In this document: positions 46,458 to 55,105 of the stretch, piece after piece
How the letters are laid out: every line of letters starts with the position of its first letter
Position numbering within the stretch: the stretch's first letter is position 1
Assembly: GCA_023447635.1 (NCBI GenBank)
Contig: JAEXNA010000217.1
Span: 1,656-65,655, forward strand
From: Vulcanimicrobiota bacterium
GTDB lineage: Bacteria > Vulcanimicrobiota > Xenobia > Xenobiales > JADMJV01
Length of the DNA: 64,000 nt
Direction of reading: 5' to 3'
Translations under genes and position numbers: made by a program
The notes under the pieces: generated by a model
Seen by the model: the letters and a program-made list of their open reading frames with translations, nothing else
What the model was told of the DNA's origin: nothing
Database searches by the model: none

Positions 46458-46583
46458 GACAGTCGCATTCTCTCATGCGAAGGGGTTAAATTTGTAAACG
46501 GCTTGAGAACAGGTCGCCAGCGGAGCGCGGATCAACGACGCTTTGGGGAAGGCGCGCTCGGTCATCGGGCGAAGGCGAACCCC

Positions 46584-47450
46584 ATGAAGATCACCTCCGC
46601 TCTCTTTGGCCTGGCCCTGCTGCTGGGAAGCGCCACCCCTCTGCTCGCTGAACCGGCCCCCACGGCCGCCGCGCCCGCCGCCTCGGCCTACCAGGCCGAA
46701 ATGGAGGCCTGGGCCAAGAGCCGAGACGCCTGGTGGAGAAACCCGGACGGCTACCTGTCGCTGACTGCCTTGTACTGGCTGGACGAGACGCCCCGCAGCT
46801 TCAAAGGGGTTGGAGAGGCCCACCGCGAGGGAGAAGACGTGATCCTGAAGTTCGAAGACGGGGTGACCCTGGATGGTAAGCCGATCAAGGAGTATCGCGT
46901 CACCCCCGATATGCCACGGAACAAGCCGGACTTTCATCACGGCACCAGCCATTTCTACGTGAACCGCCACGGGAAGAAGATCGGGATTCGGGTGAAAGAC
47001 CCCAACTCGAAGATCCTGAAAGACTTCCAGAGCATGCAGAGCTTCCCGGTCGACCCTTCGTGGCGCATCATCGGGCGGTTCGAGGCGGCCGAAGCCACCA
47101 TCCCCGTCGCCTCGGTGGTGGATGAGACGACCTCGGAGTCGTCGCCCGGCTACGCCGTCTTTGATCGCGACGGAAAGACCTACAAGCTTCGTCTGATGGG
47201 CGATGTGAAAGACCCCGCCTATTTCCTGGTCTTTTCGGACGAGACCGCCGGGAAGACCACCTACTCGGCTTGCCGCTTTCTGGACGTGGAAAAGGCCGCC
47301 GATGGAACCCTGATCTTGGACTTTAACAAGTCCGAGAACCCGCCGTGCTCGGTGACCCCGTTCGCCACCTGTCCGCTGCCTCCGCAGGGGAACGTCCTTC
47401 CGTTCGAGGTGCCGGTCGGGGAGAAGGTCCCCCCCACGGCCGCTCACTAA
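46584..47450 (+). CDS. DUF1684-like secreted protein
   Basis: Signal peptide MKITSALFGLALLLGSATPLLA. The DUF1684 assignment is from recalled family resemblance; no motif supports it. The start was placed exactly by codon arithmetic (288 aa). Confidence 0.45.
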   Translation: MKITSALFGLALLLGSATPLLAEPAPTAAAPAASAYQAEMEAWAKSRDAWWRNPDGYLSLTALYWLDETPRSFKGVGEAHREGEDVILKFEDGVTLDGKPIKEYRVTPDMPRNKPDFHHGTSHFYVNRHGKKIGIRVKDPNSKILKDFQSMQSFPVDPSWRIIGRFEAAEATIPVASVVDETTSESSPGYAVFDRDGKTYKLRLMGDVKDPAYFLVFSDETAGKTTYSACRFLDVEKAADGTLILDFNKSENPPCSVTPFATCPLPPQGNVLPFEVPVGEKVPPTAAH

Positions 47451-47455
47451 CGCTC

Positions 47456-48490
47456 TTGACCGGCAAAGTCTTGATATCGGTCGACCCCGGGTCGGCCGAC
47501 CTTTTTTTTCGCGAGGTCAAAGAGAGCGCTCTGGCGCGCCCGCTGGGCCGACTCGATGAGTGGCATCACCTTTGCCACCTCGACGAGGGGTTCGAAGCGC
47601 TGTTCTGGCTGCATCGCTTTCCCGTTCAGGTCGAGTGGGAGTGGTCGGGCGATACTCTAGAGTCACTGCTCGAGCAGCCGTGGTACGACCTGGATTCGGG
47701 CTGGCTGGGGGAACGTCCGTTTGGCATCCAGGTGGGCTCGAACCAGCGCTGGGATTGGAGCTTCGCCGATCTGGCCCAGCGTCTGAAAGAGCAGTTGGGG
47801 CTGCCGGAGGAGCGGTTCCGACCGCGCCTGCCGGAGAGGGTTCTGTCGGTCTTCTTGCACCGCGCTGGCGGCCGCACCACGGTTTACGCCGGGATCTCCT
47901 CGACGGGCGAAAACCTGTCGGCCTGGGCCTCGGGCCAGTGTCGGATCCCTCGTGATGAGGCGTCGGTCAGCCGCGCCGAGGCGAAACTGCAAGAGGCGTA
48001 TGAAGCTTTCCTACTCCCATCCCTTCCTACCGGGGGACAAGCTCTGGACCTGGGGGCGGCGCCAGGCGGGTGGACTCGCGTCCTGGCTCAGAAGGGGTTC
48101 AGGGTCGATGCGGTCGATCCGGCGGATCTGGATCCGCGAGTGTTGGCGCTCGACGGGGTCAAGCATCACCGCGAGACGGCAGGAAGCTTTTTAGGACAGC
48201 GCAAGTCGGCCCATTACGATCTGATGGTCAGCGACATGAAAATGGACGCCGCGATGGCAGCCTCTCTGCTGGTCCGTCACGCCAACTGCTTGAAGCGGGA
48301 GGGCGGTCTGCTTCTGAGTACCCTGAAATTAGGAAAGGGCCCGGTCGCGTACGACCAGGCCCGTGAGGCGTTGCAGCGCCTGGGAGAGAGATACCAGGTG
48401 CTGGCGGCTCGCCAACTTTATTTCAACCGTTCGGAGATCACCGTGCTGGCCCGCCCTCTCGCCAAGAGAGAGCGCAGCCGCAAAGGTTAG
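47456..48490 (+). CDS. rlmM: 23S rRNA 2'-O-ribose C2498 methyltransferase RlmM-like (FtsJ-type)
   Basis: C-terminal ARQLYFNRSEITVLA, LDLGAAPGGWT (the FtsJ motif) and N-terminal KVLISVDPGSADLFFREV parallel E. coli RlmM. A TTG start follows the upstream stop directly. Confidence 0.65.
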   Translation: MTGKVLISVDPGSADLFFREVKESALARPLGRLDEWHHLCHLDEGFEALFWLHRFPVQVEWEWSGDTLESLLEQPWYDLDSGWLGERPFGIQVGSNQRWDWSFADLAQRLKEQLGLPEERFRPRLPERVLSVFLHRAGGRTTVYAGISSTGENLSAWASGQCRIPRDEASVSRAEAKLQEAYEAFLLPSLPTGGQALDLGAAPGGWTRVLAQKGFRVDAVDPADLDPRVLALDGVKHHRETAGSFLGQRKSAHYDLMVSDMKMDAAMAASLLVRHANCLKREGGLLLSTLKLGKGPVAYDQAREALQRLGERYQVLAARQLYFNRSEITVLARPLAKRERSRKG

Positions 48491-49545
48491 TCTTTCTTGA
48501 AGATCATGACGTATTCATGTTTGAACACGTAAAGGCCGTTGCGCAGAGCGCGATAGCGCCAGAGGTTGTTGTTCTTGCCTTTGGCCTTCTCGTTGCCCTG
48601 AATGTCCTTGATGTTGATGGCGCGCAGGGTCAGACCGCACGAGCGCATCACATCCATACATTCGAAGGCTAGCGGGACCCATTCGCCCCCGGCGTATTTG
48701 TCGCCGATGACCAGGGTCATGAATTTGCCCGATTCCAGCAGTTCCACGCCGTTGCGCACCACGCCCTCGAACGCTTCCAGGAAGCCGTCCAGCGTCTCGA
48801 AGGACGAGAGGTCGCGCTCGTCTTCGCCGTCGGTGAACTCGATGATGTCCCAGTAGGGCGGGTGCAGCAGCACGTGGTCAACCTGCTCGCGGCCCAGCGG
48901 TTGAAGGGCGCTTTTGACCTTATCGACCACGGACTTACAGGACGAGTCGCCGTTGACGATGGTGGTCTGCACGTCCTCGGGGTTCTCCGCCTCGTTCAGG
49001 CGCTCGCCGGCCTCCTGGCAGACGCTGGGCTGAAGTTCGATTCCTACGCCGTGGCGGCCCAGGCGGCGGCACTCGATCAGCGTGGTGGCCATCCCGCAAA
49101 ACATGTCCAGCACCACGTCGTTCGACTTGGTGAAACGGCGCAGGATCTGCTCCGGGATCTGAGGCACGAAGTTGCCGTGATAATCGCCCTTATGAACGCT
49201 GGAGCGGCTGCGAGAGCCTAGCGACCAGAGGCTGTCGGTGATCAGCTCGGGGTAGCTTTTCCAGTTCTTGAGATCGAGATCGTGAAACTTAGAGCGAAAA
49301 GTAGGCCGTTCGGCGCGGATCGGACCGGCTTCGGCGCGAAGCGGCTTCTTTTTGGCTGACGATTGTGACAAGGCATCCTCCCTGATGGCACGGGCCTCGA
49401 TGACCGAGGGGACCGGCTGGAAGCTCGTGGTGAGCTCCTGGGGGAAACTTGAATGCGATTCACTGCGTTCCCTGGTACGAAAGCGAAAAGAAGGCGAACG
49501 AGCGCTCTCTCCCGGAGGGTGAGGGGCTTGTCCGCCTTCTTGCAA
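48487..49545 (-). CDS. Orphan amino-methyltransferase (N6-adenine/N4-cytosine DNA MTase-like, PF01555-type motifs) in a lower-GC patch
   Basis: YHGNFVPQIPEQILRRFTKSNDVVLDMFCGMATTLIECRRLGRHGVGIE is HPTQKP-like plus motif I FxGxGTT...LGR.xIGIE. A motif IV variant VLLHPPYWD lies downstream. The 3' end has A/T-ending codons unlike its neighbours. The low-complexity N-terminal 100 aa suggest the true start is internal. Confidence 0.5.
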   Translation of the reverse strand: MQEGGQAPHPPGESARSPSFRFRTRERSESHSSFPQELTTSFQPVPSVIEARAIREDALSQSSAKKKPLRAEAGPIRAERPTFRSKFHDLDLKNWKSYPELITDSLWSLGSRSRSSVHKGDYHGNFVPQIPEQILRRFTKSNDVVLDMFCGMATTLIECRRLGRHGVGIELQPSVCQEAGERLNEAENPEDVQTTIVNGDSSCKSVVDKVKSALQPLGREQVDHVLLHPPYWDIIEFTDGEDERDLSSFETLDGFLEAFEGVVRNGVELLESGKFMTLVIGDKYAGGEWVPLAFECMDVMRSCGLTLRAINIKDIQGNEKAKGKNNNLWRYRALRNGLYVFKHEYVMIFKKD

Positions 49546-50203
49546 GACAGGTCTAAAAGTTCGGCGCCTTTATCCGCGAGTGCGGACGGACTCGAAGTAG
49601 AGTCGCAGAGCGTCGAGGTTGGACGGTCCACAGAGCGTGAGCTCGGACCGATTGTTCTCGTGCATAAAACCTCCTGATGGATTCTGCCCGAAGAGCTTAC
49701 CCTGCACGGCGGTTGTCGCCGTGTCCCTTGTAAGCGTTAGACCCGTCTTCGGATGGAGGGCGAGAAGCGATGAGGCCTCTCGATCTCGTGGGCGCATTCT
49801 ATGCTGTGACGGGAGACGATTCTATGACAAAGGTGTGAACGGATAACCACATCGGTTCACAAGTCCGCCCGGTCCCCACTCATGGGACCGGACGCAAGAA
49901 GCCCATCGCGTTCTGCGACGGGCTTCCTGGCCTGATTTCAGGGAAAAAAATTAGAGGGCAGATGACTCGCTGGCGATGTGTCCGTGTTTGCATCGTCGCC
50001 CAACCCACTTCCGTCTCCGTCGGCGAAGGGTCGCCTGGATCGAGAGGAAGAACCTCGGTAGTCATACTGCCCACTAACTCATCTCCCGCTCCCCACCATG
50101 CTAAACCCTCGGTGGGAAGAATTGGTAGATTTGTCATAACATAGAGTTCGCCCCCTAGGAGGAACGGGTCCGATAGGGTGGGGAGGGTAGGGTTTAGCGT
50201 TTT

Positions 50204-51082
50204 CTAGGACTGGCAGCGCGCACACCAGGTGGTGGTTCGGCCCGCGAAAACGCCTTTGCGCAGCTCTTCTCCGCAGACCAGGCAGGCTTGACCGTAACGC
50301 CCGTAAGCCTGCAGCCCCTCCTGGTTATAGCCGGTCTGGCCAGTACCGCTGACGAAGTCGCGCAGGGTGGTGCCGCCAGCCTCTAACCCCTTATGCAGAA
50401 CGGTGGGGATAGCCTGGACCAAACGATCCAGTGCCTGGCCTCGCACGCGATAGGCGCCGCGCCCGGGGCGGATACCCGAGAGGAAAAGGGCCTCATCCAC
50501 GTAGATGTTGCCCAATCCCGCCAGGAACGCCTGATCCAATAGCGCGGCTTTGATGGGAGTTTTCCGTGTCATCAACCCGGCCGCCACGTAGTTGTGTTGG
50601 TAGTCCGTGCTCAATGGGTCGACTCCCAGGCCGAAGCGGGCCACGATGTCGTCGCGACGCGTTTCTGGGATGGCGTAGACGCGGCCAAATTTTCGGATGT
50701 CTCGGTAGTGCAGTTCCACTTCGTCGTCGAGATAGAAGCTGATATGGGTATGTTTGTCGGGAGCGTGCTGCAGGGTGCGCTCTAATCCGGTCTTCTCGTG
50801 GCGAGTGAACTCCGTGTCGGCTCGGTCGGGGAGTCGAACGGTGAGTTGTCCCGTCATGCCGAGGTGCACTATCAGCGAGCCTTCGAGAAAGGGGAAATAG
50901 AGCAGCTTCCCGTGTCGCTCCAGAGCGGCGAAGGTCTGCCCTTCCAACGCTTCTTTCAGTAACCCCACCGACTGCCCGCGCAAGACGTAGGGGTCGCGGA
51001 CTTCGACGCGCTGGATGCGGCGGCCGGGAAGATGGTCGAGCAGGCTACGGCGGACGGTCTCCACCTCGGGCAGTTCGGGCAT
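50204..51082 (-). CDS. mutM: Formamidopyrimidine-DNA glycosylase
   Basis: MPELPEVETVRRSL (catalytic Pro2/Glu3), the H2TH motif, and a C-terminal zinc finger CLVCGEELRKGVFAGRTTTWCARCQ. Confidence 0.9.
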   Translation of the reverse strand: MPELPEVETVRRSLLDHLPGRRIQRVEVRDPYVLRGQSVGLLKEALEGQTFAALERHGKLLYFPFLEGSLIVHLGMTGQLTVRLPDRADTEFTRHEKTGLERTLQHAPDKHTHISFYLDDEVELHYRDIRKFGRVYAIPETRRDDIVARFGLGVDPLSTDYQHNYVAAGLMTRKTPIKAALLDQAFLAGLGNIYVDEALFLSGIRPGRGAYRVRGQALDRLVQAIPTVLHKGLEAGGTTLRDFVSGTGQTGYNQEGLQAYGRYGQACLVCGEELRKGVFAGRTTTWCARCQS

Positions 51083-51195
51083 AGGGCGTTCTTTGCTGTG
51101 GAGGCGGGAGAGTCCCCTCGCCCTGACCTCGAGGCGGTTCGTGTCCCGGAAAGCGAGGCAGGGGAGTCCAGGACGCTGGCTACGAAGGGCGGGCT

Positions 51196-51594
51196 ATGAG
51201 TACCGTGTTCACCAAGATTATAACGGGAGAGTGGCCCGGCCACTTCATCTACCGCGACGAACTCTGCGCGGTGTTCCTCTCTATCAATCCGATCCGGCCC
51301 GGCCACGCGCTGGTTGTCCCGATCGTCGAAGTGTCGCATTGGGTCGACCTCGAGCCTGACCTGAACGCTCACCTGATGAGGGTCGCGCAGAAGGTCGGCA
51401 AAGCTCAGATGAGCGTCTTTGCCCCCGAGCGGATCGGTATGATCGTGGCCGGCTTTGAAGTGCCGCATACCCACCTTCATGTCGTGCCCATCGATCACGA
51501 GGGACAACTTAGCTTTGCCAACGCCGCCCGCTCGGTCGAGAGTTCGGAGCTAGCCGAGATCGCCAGGCGCCTGGCCGAAGCGTTGCCCACTTAA
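51196..51594 (+). CDS. HIT family hydrolase
   Basis: The histidine triad is HTHLHVVP, preceded by INPIRPGHALVVP. 132 aa. Confidence 0.8.
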   Translation: MSTVFTKIITGEWPGHFIYRDELCAVFLSINPIRPGHALVVPIVEVSHWVDLEPDLNAHLMRVAQKVGKAQMSVFAPERIGMIVAGFEVPHTHLHVVPIDHEGQLSFANAARSVESSELAEIARRLAEALPT

Positions 51595-51637
51595 GACCCG
51601 AGAGAGGGGCTGACCTGATTATGCGAAAGACAGGACT

Positions 51638-52282
51638 ATGACAAAGTTTTGGCTGCTGGTCGGGCTGCTGTGCTGGGCCCTGCTAAGTCCGGCCTTCGCG
51701 GACAACCTGTTTGTCGGCAATAGGCCTTACAAAGGGAAAGTCTATGGGGTCGGGGACGATCTGAAGTTCTCGCTGCAGGATCTGGGTAAAGCGCTCGGAG
51801 TTACCGTCATGGAGACTTCCGAAGGCTGGTTTCTGGGCGGGCAGTTGGTTCAGGTGAGCCTGGAGCAGGGAGTCACCTGGATCGATCTCAAGAGCCTTCC
51901 CACGAGCGTGGTCAAAGTCGTCCGTAATAAGCAGATGGGGACTCTCGATATCTATCGAGCGGAAGGAAATGCCGACGGTTCCCTCACGGGGTCCTGGGGG
52001 CGCGCCGGAACGCTGGTCTTGTTCGGGGCGCAGCGAGACAGCCTTACCCAGCAGATGCTCAGCACGGTCAAAGAGCTCGACAGTTCCAAGCTGGTTCACG
52101 TTGTGTTTGTTGATGTCGAAGACGAGCGCAAGTCGGCCTACACTGAGTACGACTATCTTTTCCAGGGCAACCGCGTCCCTTATGTTGTTCTTCTCGGTTC
52201 GGACGGCGCGAAGCGGCACAGTTTCGTGGGGGTCTATTCCAAGGACGAGCTCCGATATCTGATTCAGCGCTATCTGCGCTAG
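51638..52282 (+). CDS. Secreted thioredoxin-fold-like protein lacking a CxxC motif
   Basis: Signal peptide MTKFWLLVGLLCWALLSPAFA. The C-terminal segment LVHVVFVDVEDE...VPYVVLLGSDG resembles a TlpA/thioredoxin-like beta-alpha-beta pattern, but no active-site cysteines are present. Confidence 0.45.
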   Translation: MTKFWLLVGLLCWALLSPAFADNLFVGNRPYKGKVYGVGDDLKFSLQDLGKALGVTVMETSEGWFLGGQLVQVSLEQGVTWIDLKSLPTSVVKVVRNKQMGTLDIYRAEGNADGSLTGSWGRAGTLVLFGAQRDSLTQQMLSTVKELDSSKLVHVVFVDVEDERKSAYTEYDYLFQGNRVPYVVLLGSDGAKRHSFVGVYSKDELRYLIQRYLR

Positions 52283-53013
52283 AGAAGGAAGTTCATCAGG
52301 TCGGGGAGCCTTCGACTCCAGACCGGCTCGGAATGGTCGCCCTGGTGCAGACGTAAAAGCACCTCGCCCCCACGCTCTTTGAGCGCCCTGGCCAGCAGGC
52401 GGTTCTCGTCGCGGAAGCCCGCATCCATGCCGCGGTTGCCGCAAGAGAGGTAGATCTTGGGGGCGGGAAGGCCGGGAAACCGCTCGAGGAGCTCGCCAAA
52501 GTAGTGTCGGCCGGCGGATAGGCAGGCTAGCCCGGGAAAGCTCGACGGGTGCGACCATCCGGTATACAACGCGGCCACCCCGCCGGCTGAGGCTCCGACC
52601 AGGGCTCTCAGGCGAGCGTTCGGATAGAGAGAGTGCAGATAAGGGAGCACGGCGTTGACCAGGAAGCCGACGTGAGCCGCACCGGCGGCGTCGTAATGCT
52701 CGTGACTCCACCCCACGTATTCCGGGTAGCGGCGGCGGCTCGCCGGGATGGCCGCTACCACCAGCGGGTGGGGGTAGCGGGAGAAATGCTTCTCTCCCGA
52801 CCAGTGGGGAGGTGGCGCCTTGTGCTCGGTGGCAAAGATGTTCTGCCCGTCGAGAAACAGCAGCAAGTCTGCCTTGCGGTTGGACCTGGTGAAGTTCTTC
52901 CAGATCATCAAACGTCGGCGGTAGACGCCGGTACCGCCCTTCGGCTCCCACTCGGTATGCCGCTCCAGGAAGCCGCCGTAGGCGGTCTCCTGGTAGCCAG
53001 AGATTCGACTCAC
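52279..53013 (-). CDS. Alpha/beta-hydrolase esterase (putative esterase / enterochelin esterase-like family)
   Basis: The GxSxG nucleophile elbow is GASAGG. LLFLDGQNIF and C-terminal HQGDHSEPVW carry the catalytic His. Confidence 0.6.
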   Translation of the reverse strand: MSRISGYQETAYGGFLERHTEWEPKGGTGVYRRRLMIWKNFTRSNRKADLLLFLDGQNIFATEHKAPPPHWSGEKHFSRYPHPLVVAAIPASRRRYPEYVGWSHEHYDAAGAAHVGFLVNAVLPYLHSLYPNARLRALVGASAGGVAALYTGWSHPSSFPGLACLSAGRHYFGELLERFPGLPAPKIYLSCGNRGMDAGFRDENRLLARALKERGGEVLLRLHQGDHSEPVWSRRLPDLMNFLL

Positions 53014-53089
53014 ACCGCCCCTTTTCGAGCGCGACCCGACTTCATCCCGTCGCCTTCACCGTATTCTCAAGTTCCCCGCTTCAAGCTCT

Positions 53090-53944
53090 TCAGGCGGTAA
53101 GCAGCGCCGGCATTTTGCGTAGGTGCCGACGGACTTCAGCGACCGTTTCGTCCGTGGTCGAAGTTCCGGCCGTGAGCCCGACCAGTCGAAACCCTTCGAA
53201 CCATTCCGGTCGGAGCTCCGCGGCCGTCGTTACCCTCCACCACGGCTTTCCTCGGCGTTCGGCCTTCTCTCCCAACTGCAAGGTGTTGTGGCTGTTCGGC
53301 CCTCCCACCACCACCAGGGCCTCGACGCGATCGAGCAGTCGTTCGACGGCTTCCTGACGGTCCCGGGTCGGGGCGCAAACCGTATCGGCGAAGACCAACT
53401 CGGCCTGCGGGTTCGCTTCCCTGACAGCGCGATGAAGCGCAGCCACCTGATCGGGAGGGATGGTGGTCTGATTGACCACGGCCATTCGGGCGTCCGACCA
53501 GCGACGGACATCCTCCGTACGAGCGACCACCCGGTAGCGCGTCAGGTCCCCTACCAACCCCTCCACTTCGACGTGCCCCGGTCGCCCTATCACCACCAGG
53601 GTGTATCCGGCCCGGTGGTAGTGAAGCGCGGTTTTATGGACCCGGCGCACCAGCGGACAGGTGGTGTCGTGAAGCACCTTGCCGGCCTTTTCCAGCCGTT
53701 CTCGGGCGACGCCGCTGATCCCGTGCGCGGTGACCACTACCCGGGCGGTATCGGGCATCGCCGTCCGGCCGGTCTCGGACTGCTGACGGAATCCGCGCCG
53801 GGCGATCTCGTCGATCACCACCGGGTTGTGGACCAACTCGCCATAGACCGTGACCTCAGAAGGGGTTTCCAGGTCCCTCATCGCGTTCAGGGCGTCTTTG
53901 ACGCCAAAGCACATCCCCAGGTGGTCGGCTTGTATCACTAGCAT
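53090..53944 (-). CDS. ispH: 4-hydroxy-3-methylbut-2-enyl diphosphate reductase
   Basis: MCFGVKDAL has the first Fe-S Cys, TTCPLV the second, and DTVCAPTRDRQEAV the third. The 284-aa length fits LytB/IspH. Confidence 0.9.
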   Translation of the reverse strand: MLVIQADHLGMCFGVKDALNAMRDLETPSEVTVYGELVHNPVVIDEIARRGFRQQSETGRTAMPDTARVVVTAHGISGVARERLEKAGKVLHDTTCPLVRRVHKTALHYHRAGYTLVVIGRPGHVEVEGLVGDLTRYRVVARTEDVRRWSDARMAVVNQTTIPPDQVAALHRAVREANPQAELVFADTVCAPTRDRQEAVERLLDRVEALVVVGGPNSHNTLQLGEKAERRGKPWWRVTTAAELRPEWFEGFRLVGLTAGTSTTDETVAEVRRHLRKMPALLTA

Positions 53945-53992
53945 CGTCGCCTCCTTGCTTTGTGTTGCAAAGCTTATGGTTAAATTTTTTTT

Positions 53993-54367
53993 CTAGGCTC
54001 CAGCCGGATGGAACCCGCCGCCAAAAGAAAGCCCACGGCCTTCTCCTTCGGCGACGGCTGCCAGGACGGCCTGAAGCTCTTCGAGATATTGCAGGTAACG
54101 CTCCCGACCGCTGGAGGTCAGAGCACAGGTGGTGGTGGGACGGCCCTCTCCCGTCTCCTTGGTCAGGGCGACCAGCCCCTCGCGTTCGAGCACCTGAAGG
54201 TGTCGACTGAGGTTGCCGTCGGTAAGAGAGCAAAGGCTCTTGATGTCGTTGAAAGCCAGTCCGTCGTGATGGGTGTAGAGCGAGGTCAGAATGCCCAGCC
54301 GAGCTTTCTCGTGCAGCACCCTGTCCAAGCCGTGGTAGGCGAATTTACCCGCTTCTTCCTCTTTCAT
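53993..54367 (-). CDS. Winged helix-turn-helix transcriptional regulator (PadR/HxlR-like)
   Basis: ARLGILTSLYTHHDGLAFNDIKSLCSLTDGNLSRHLQVLEREGLV is a wHTH recognition helix plus wing. It sits in an operon with the membrane protein gene downstream. Confidence 0.55.
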   Translation of the reverse strand: MKEEEAGKFAYHGLDRVLHEKARLGILTSLYTHHDGLAFNDIKSLCSLTDGNLSRHLQVLEREGLVALTKETGEGRPTTTCALTSSGRERYLQYLEELQAVLAAVAEGEGRGLSFGGGFHPAGA

Positions 54368-54972
54368 GAGGGGGTCCTTTCCAGATTTTGATAGAGCACG
54401 TAGGCCATCAGCGCCTGTCCGACTCCGAAAGCGCCTCCCATGGCCCAGGGCCAGGCCAGAGCCGAGGTTTCAAACGAGAGCAGAATCGAGGCGGCGACCA
54501 GATAGTAGGCTCCCACCCAGCCGACCCCTCGGGGCAGGTAAGGGCGAGAGGAGAAGATCCCGAGTCCAAACAGGCCCGCCCACAGCCCGGGGAGCAGGTC
54601 GAGACTCTCCCCCCGACCGGCCATCGCCAGCGTCATTACCGCGCCGAGCGCAAGACAGGGCAAGAACTGGCCAACGGTCCGCCGGGAGACTTTTCGCTGA
54701 TGGTCTGTCTTGTGCTGGTCGTAGTCTCCCAGAACCTCCCAGGCGACCACGGCCAGGTTCAGCGCCGCTACGGCAACCCAAAAGGCAACCCGCTGTTCTC
54801 GGTTGGCCTCTGGCCAGAAGTGGGCCAGCGCCGCAGCGGCGACCAGGCCGCTGGCGCCCGTGAAAGCGATCGTCTTCGAGCGGTAGCCACGATAGATCTC
54901 ACTCCGCCCAAGGTGGTGGCGGATCTCATTGAGATGTTCGAGGGCCTGACTTACGTCCATCGGGGCTATCAT
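54364..54972 (-). CDS. Hypothetical integral membrane protein (5-6 TMs)
   Basis: A hydrophobic 202-aa ORF with high GC3, co-transcribed with the wHTH regulator gene (4-nt overlap). Confidence 0.45.
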   Translation of the reverse strand: MIAPMDVSQALEHLNEIRHHLGRSEIYRGYRSKTIAFTGASGLVAAAALAHFWPEANREQRVAFWVAVAALNLAVVAWEVLGDYDQHKTDHQRKVSRRTVGQFLPCLALGAVMTLAMAGRGESLDLLPGLWAGLFGLGIFSSRPYLPRGVGWVGAYYLVAASILLSFETSALAWPWAMGGAFGVGQALMAYVLYQNLERTPS

Positions 54973-55105
54973 AGGCGTTTCACTTTGTGATGTAAAGAGA
55001 GGCGGAAAACTGTTTCCGGGGGAGGCCTAAAGGCGGGGGAAGAGAACCCCATTGCGCCATGCGGCGCTTGCACTGCCATAACTCGATCTCTGGCGAGCTC
55101 GTCTC

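Noticed and set aside
47471-47510. Hairpin plus T8 run that looks like an intrinsic terminator after the DUF1684 gene
   Set aside because: It lies inside the RlmM-like coding sequence (encoding ...GSADLFFREV...), and the stem is weak. It is more likely just codons for Phe-Phe.
48487-50200. Restriction-modification system around the orphan MTase
   Set aside because: No endonuclease-sized ORF with coding bias exists on either side. Upstream is 650 bp of non-coding DNA and downstream is convergent rlmM. It is called an orphan MTase only.
49600-50200. Possible ncRNA (tmRNA, RNase P or SRP) in the 650-bp gene-free region
   Set aside because: No conserved signature motifs of those RNAs are visible. 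Only a short local hairpin (ccggtcccc...gggaccgg) is present. It is treated as degraded or regulatory DNA.
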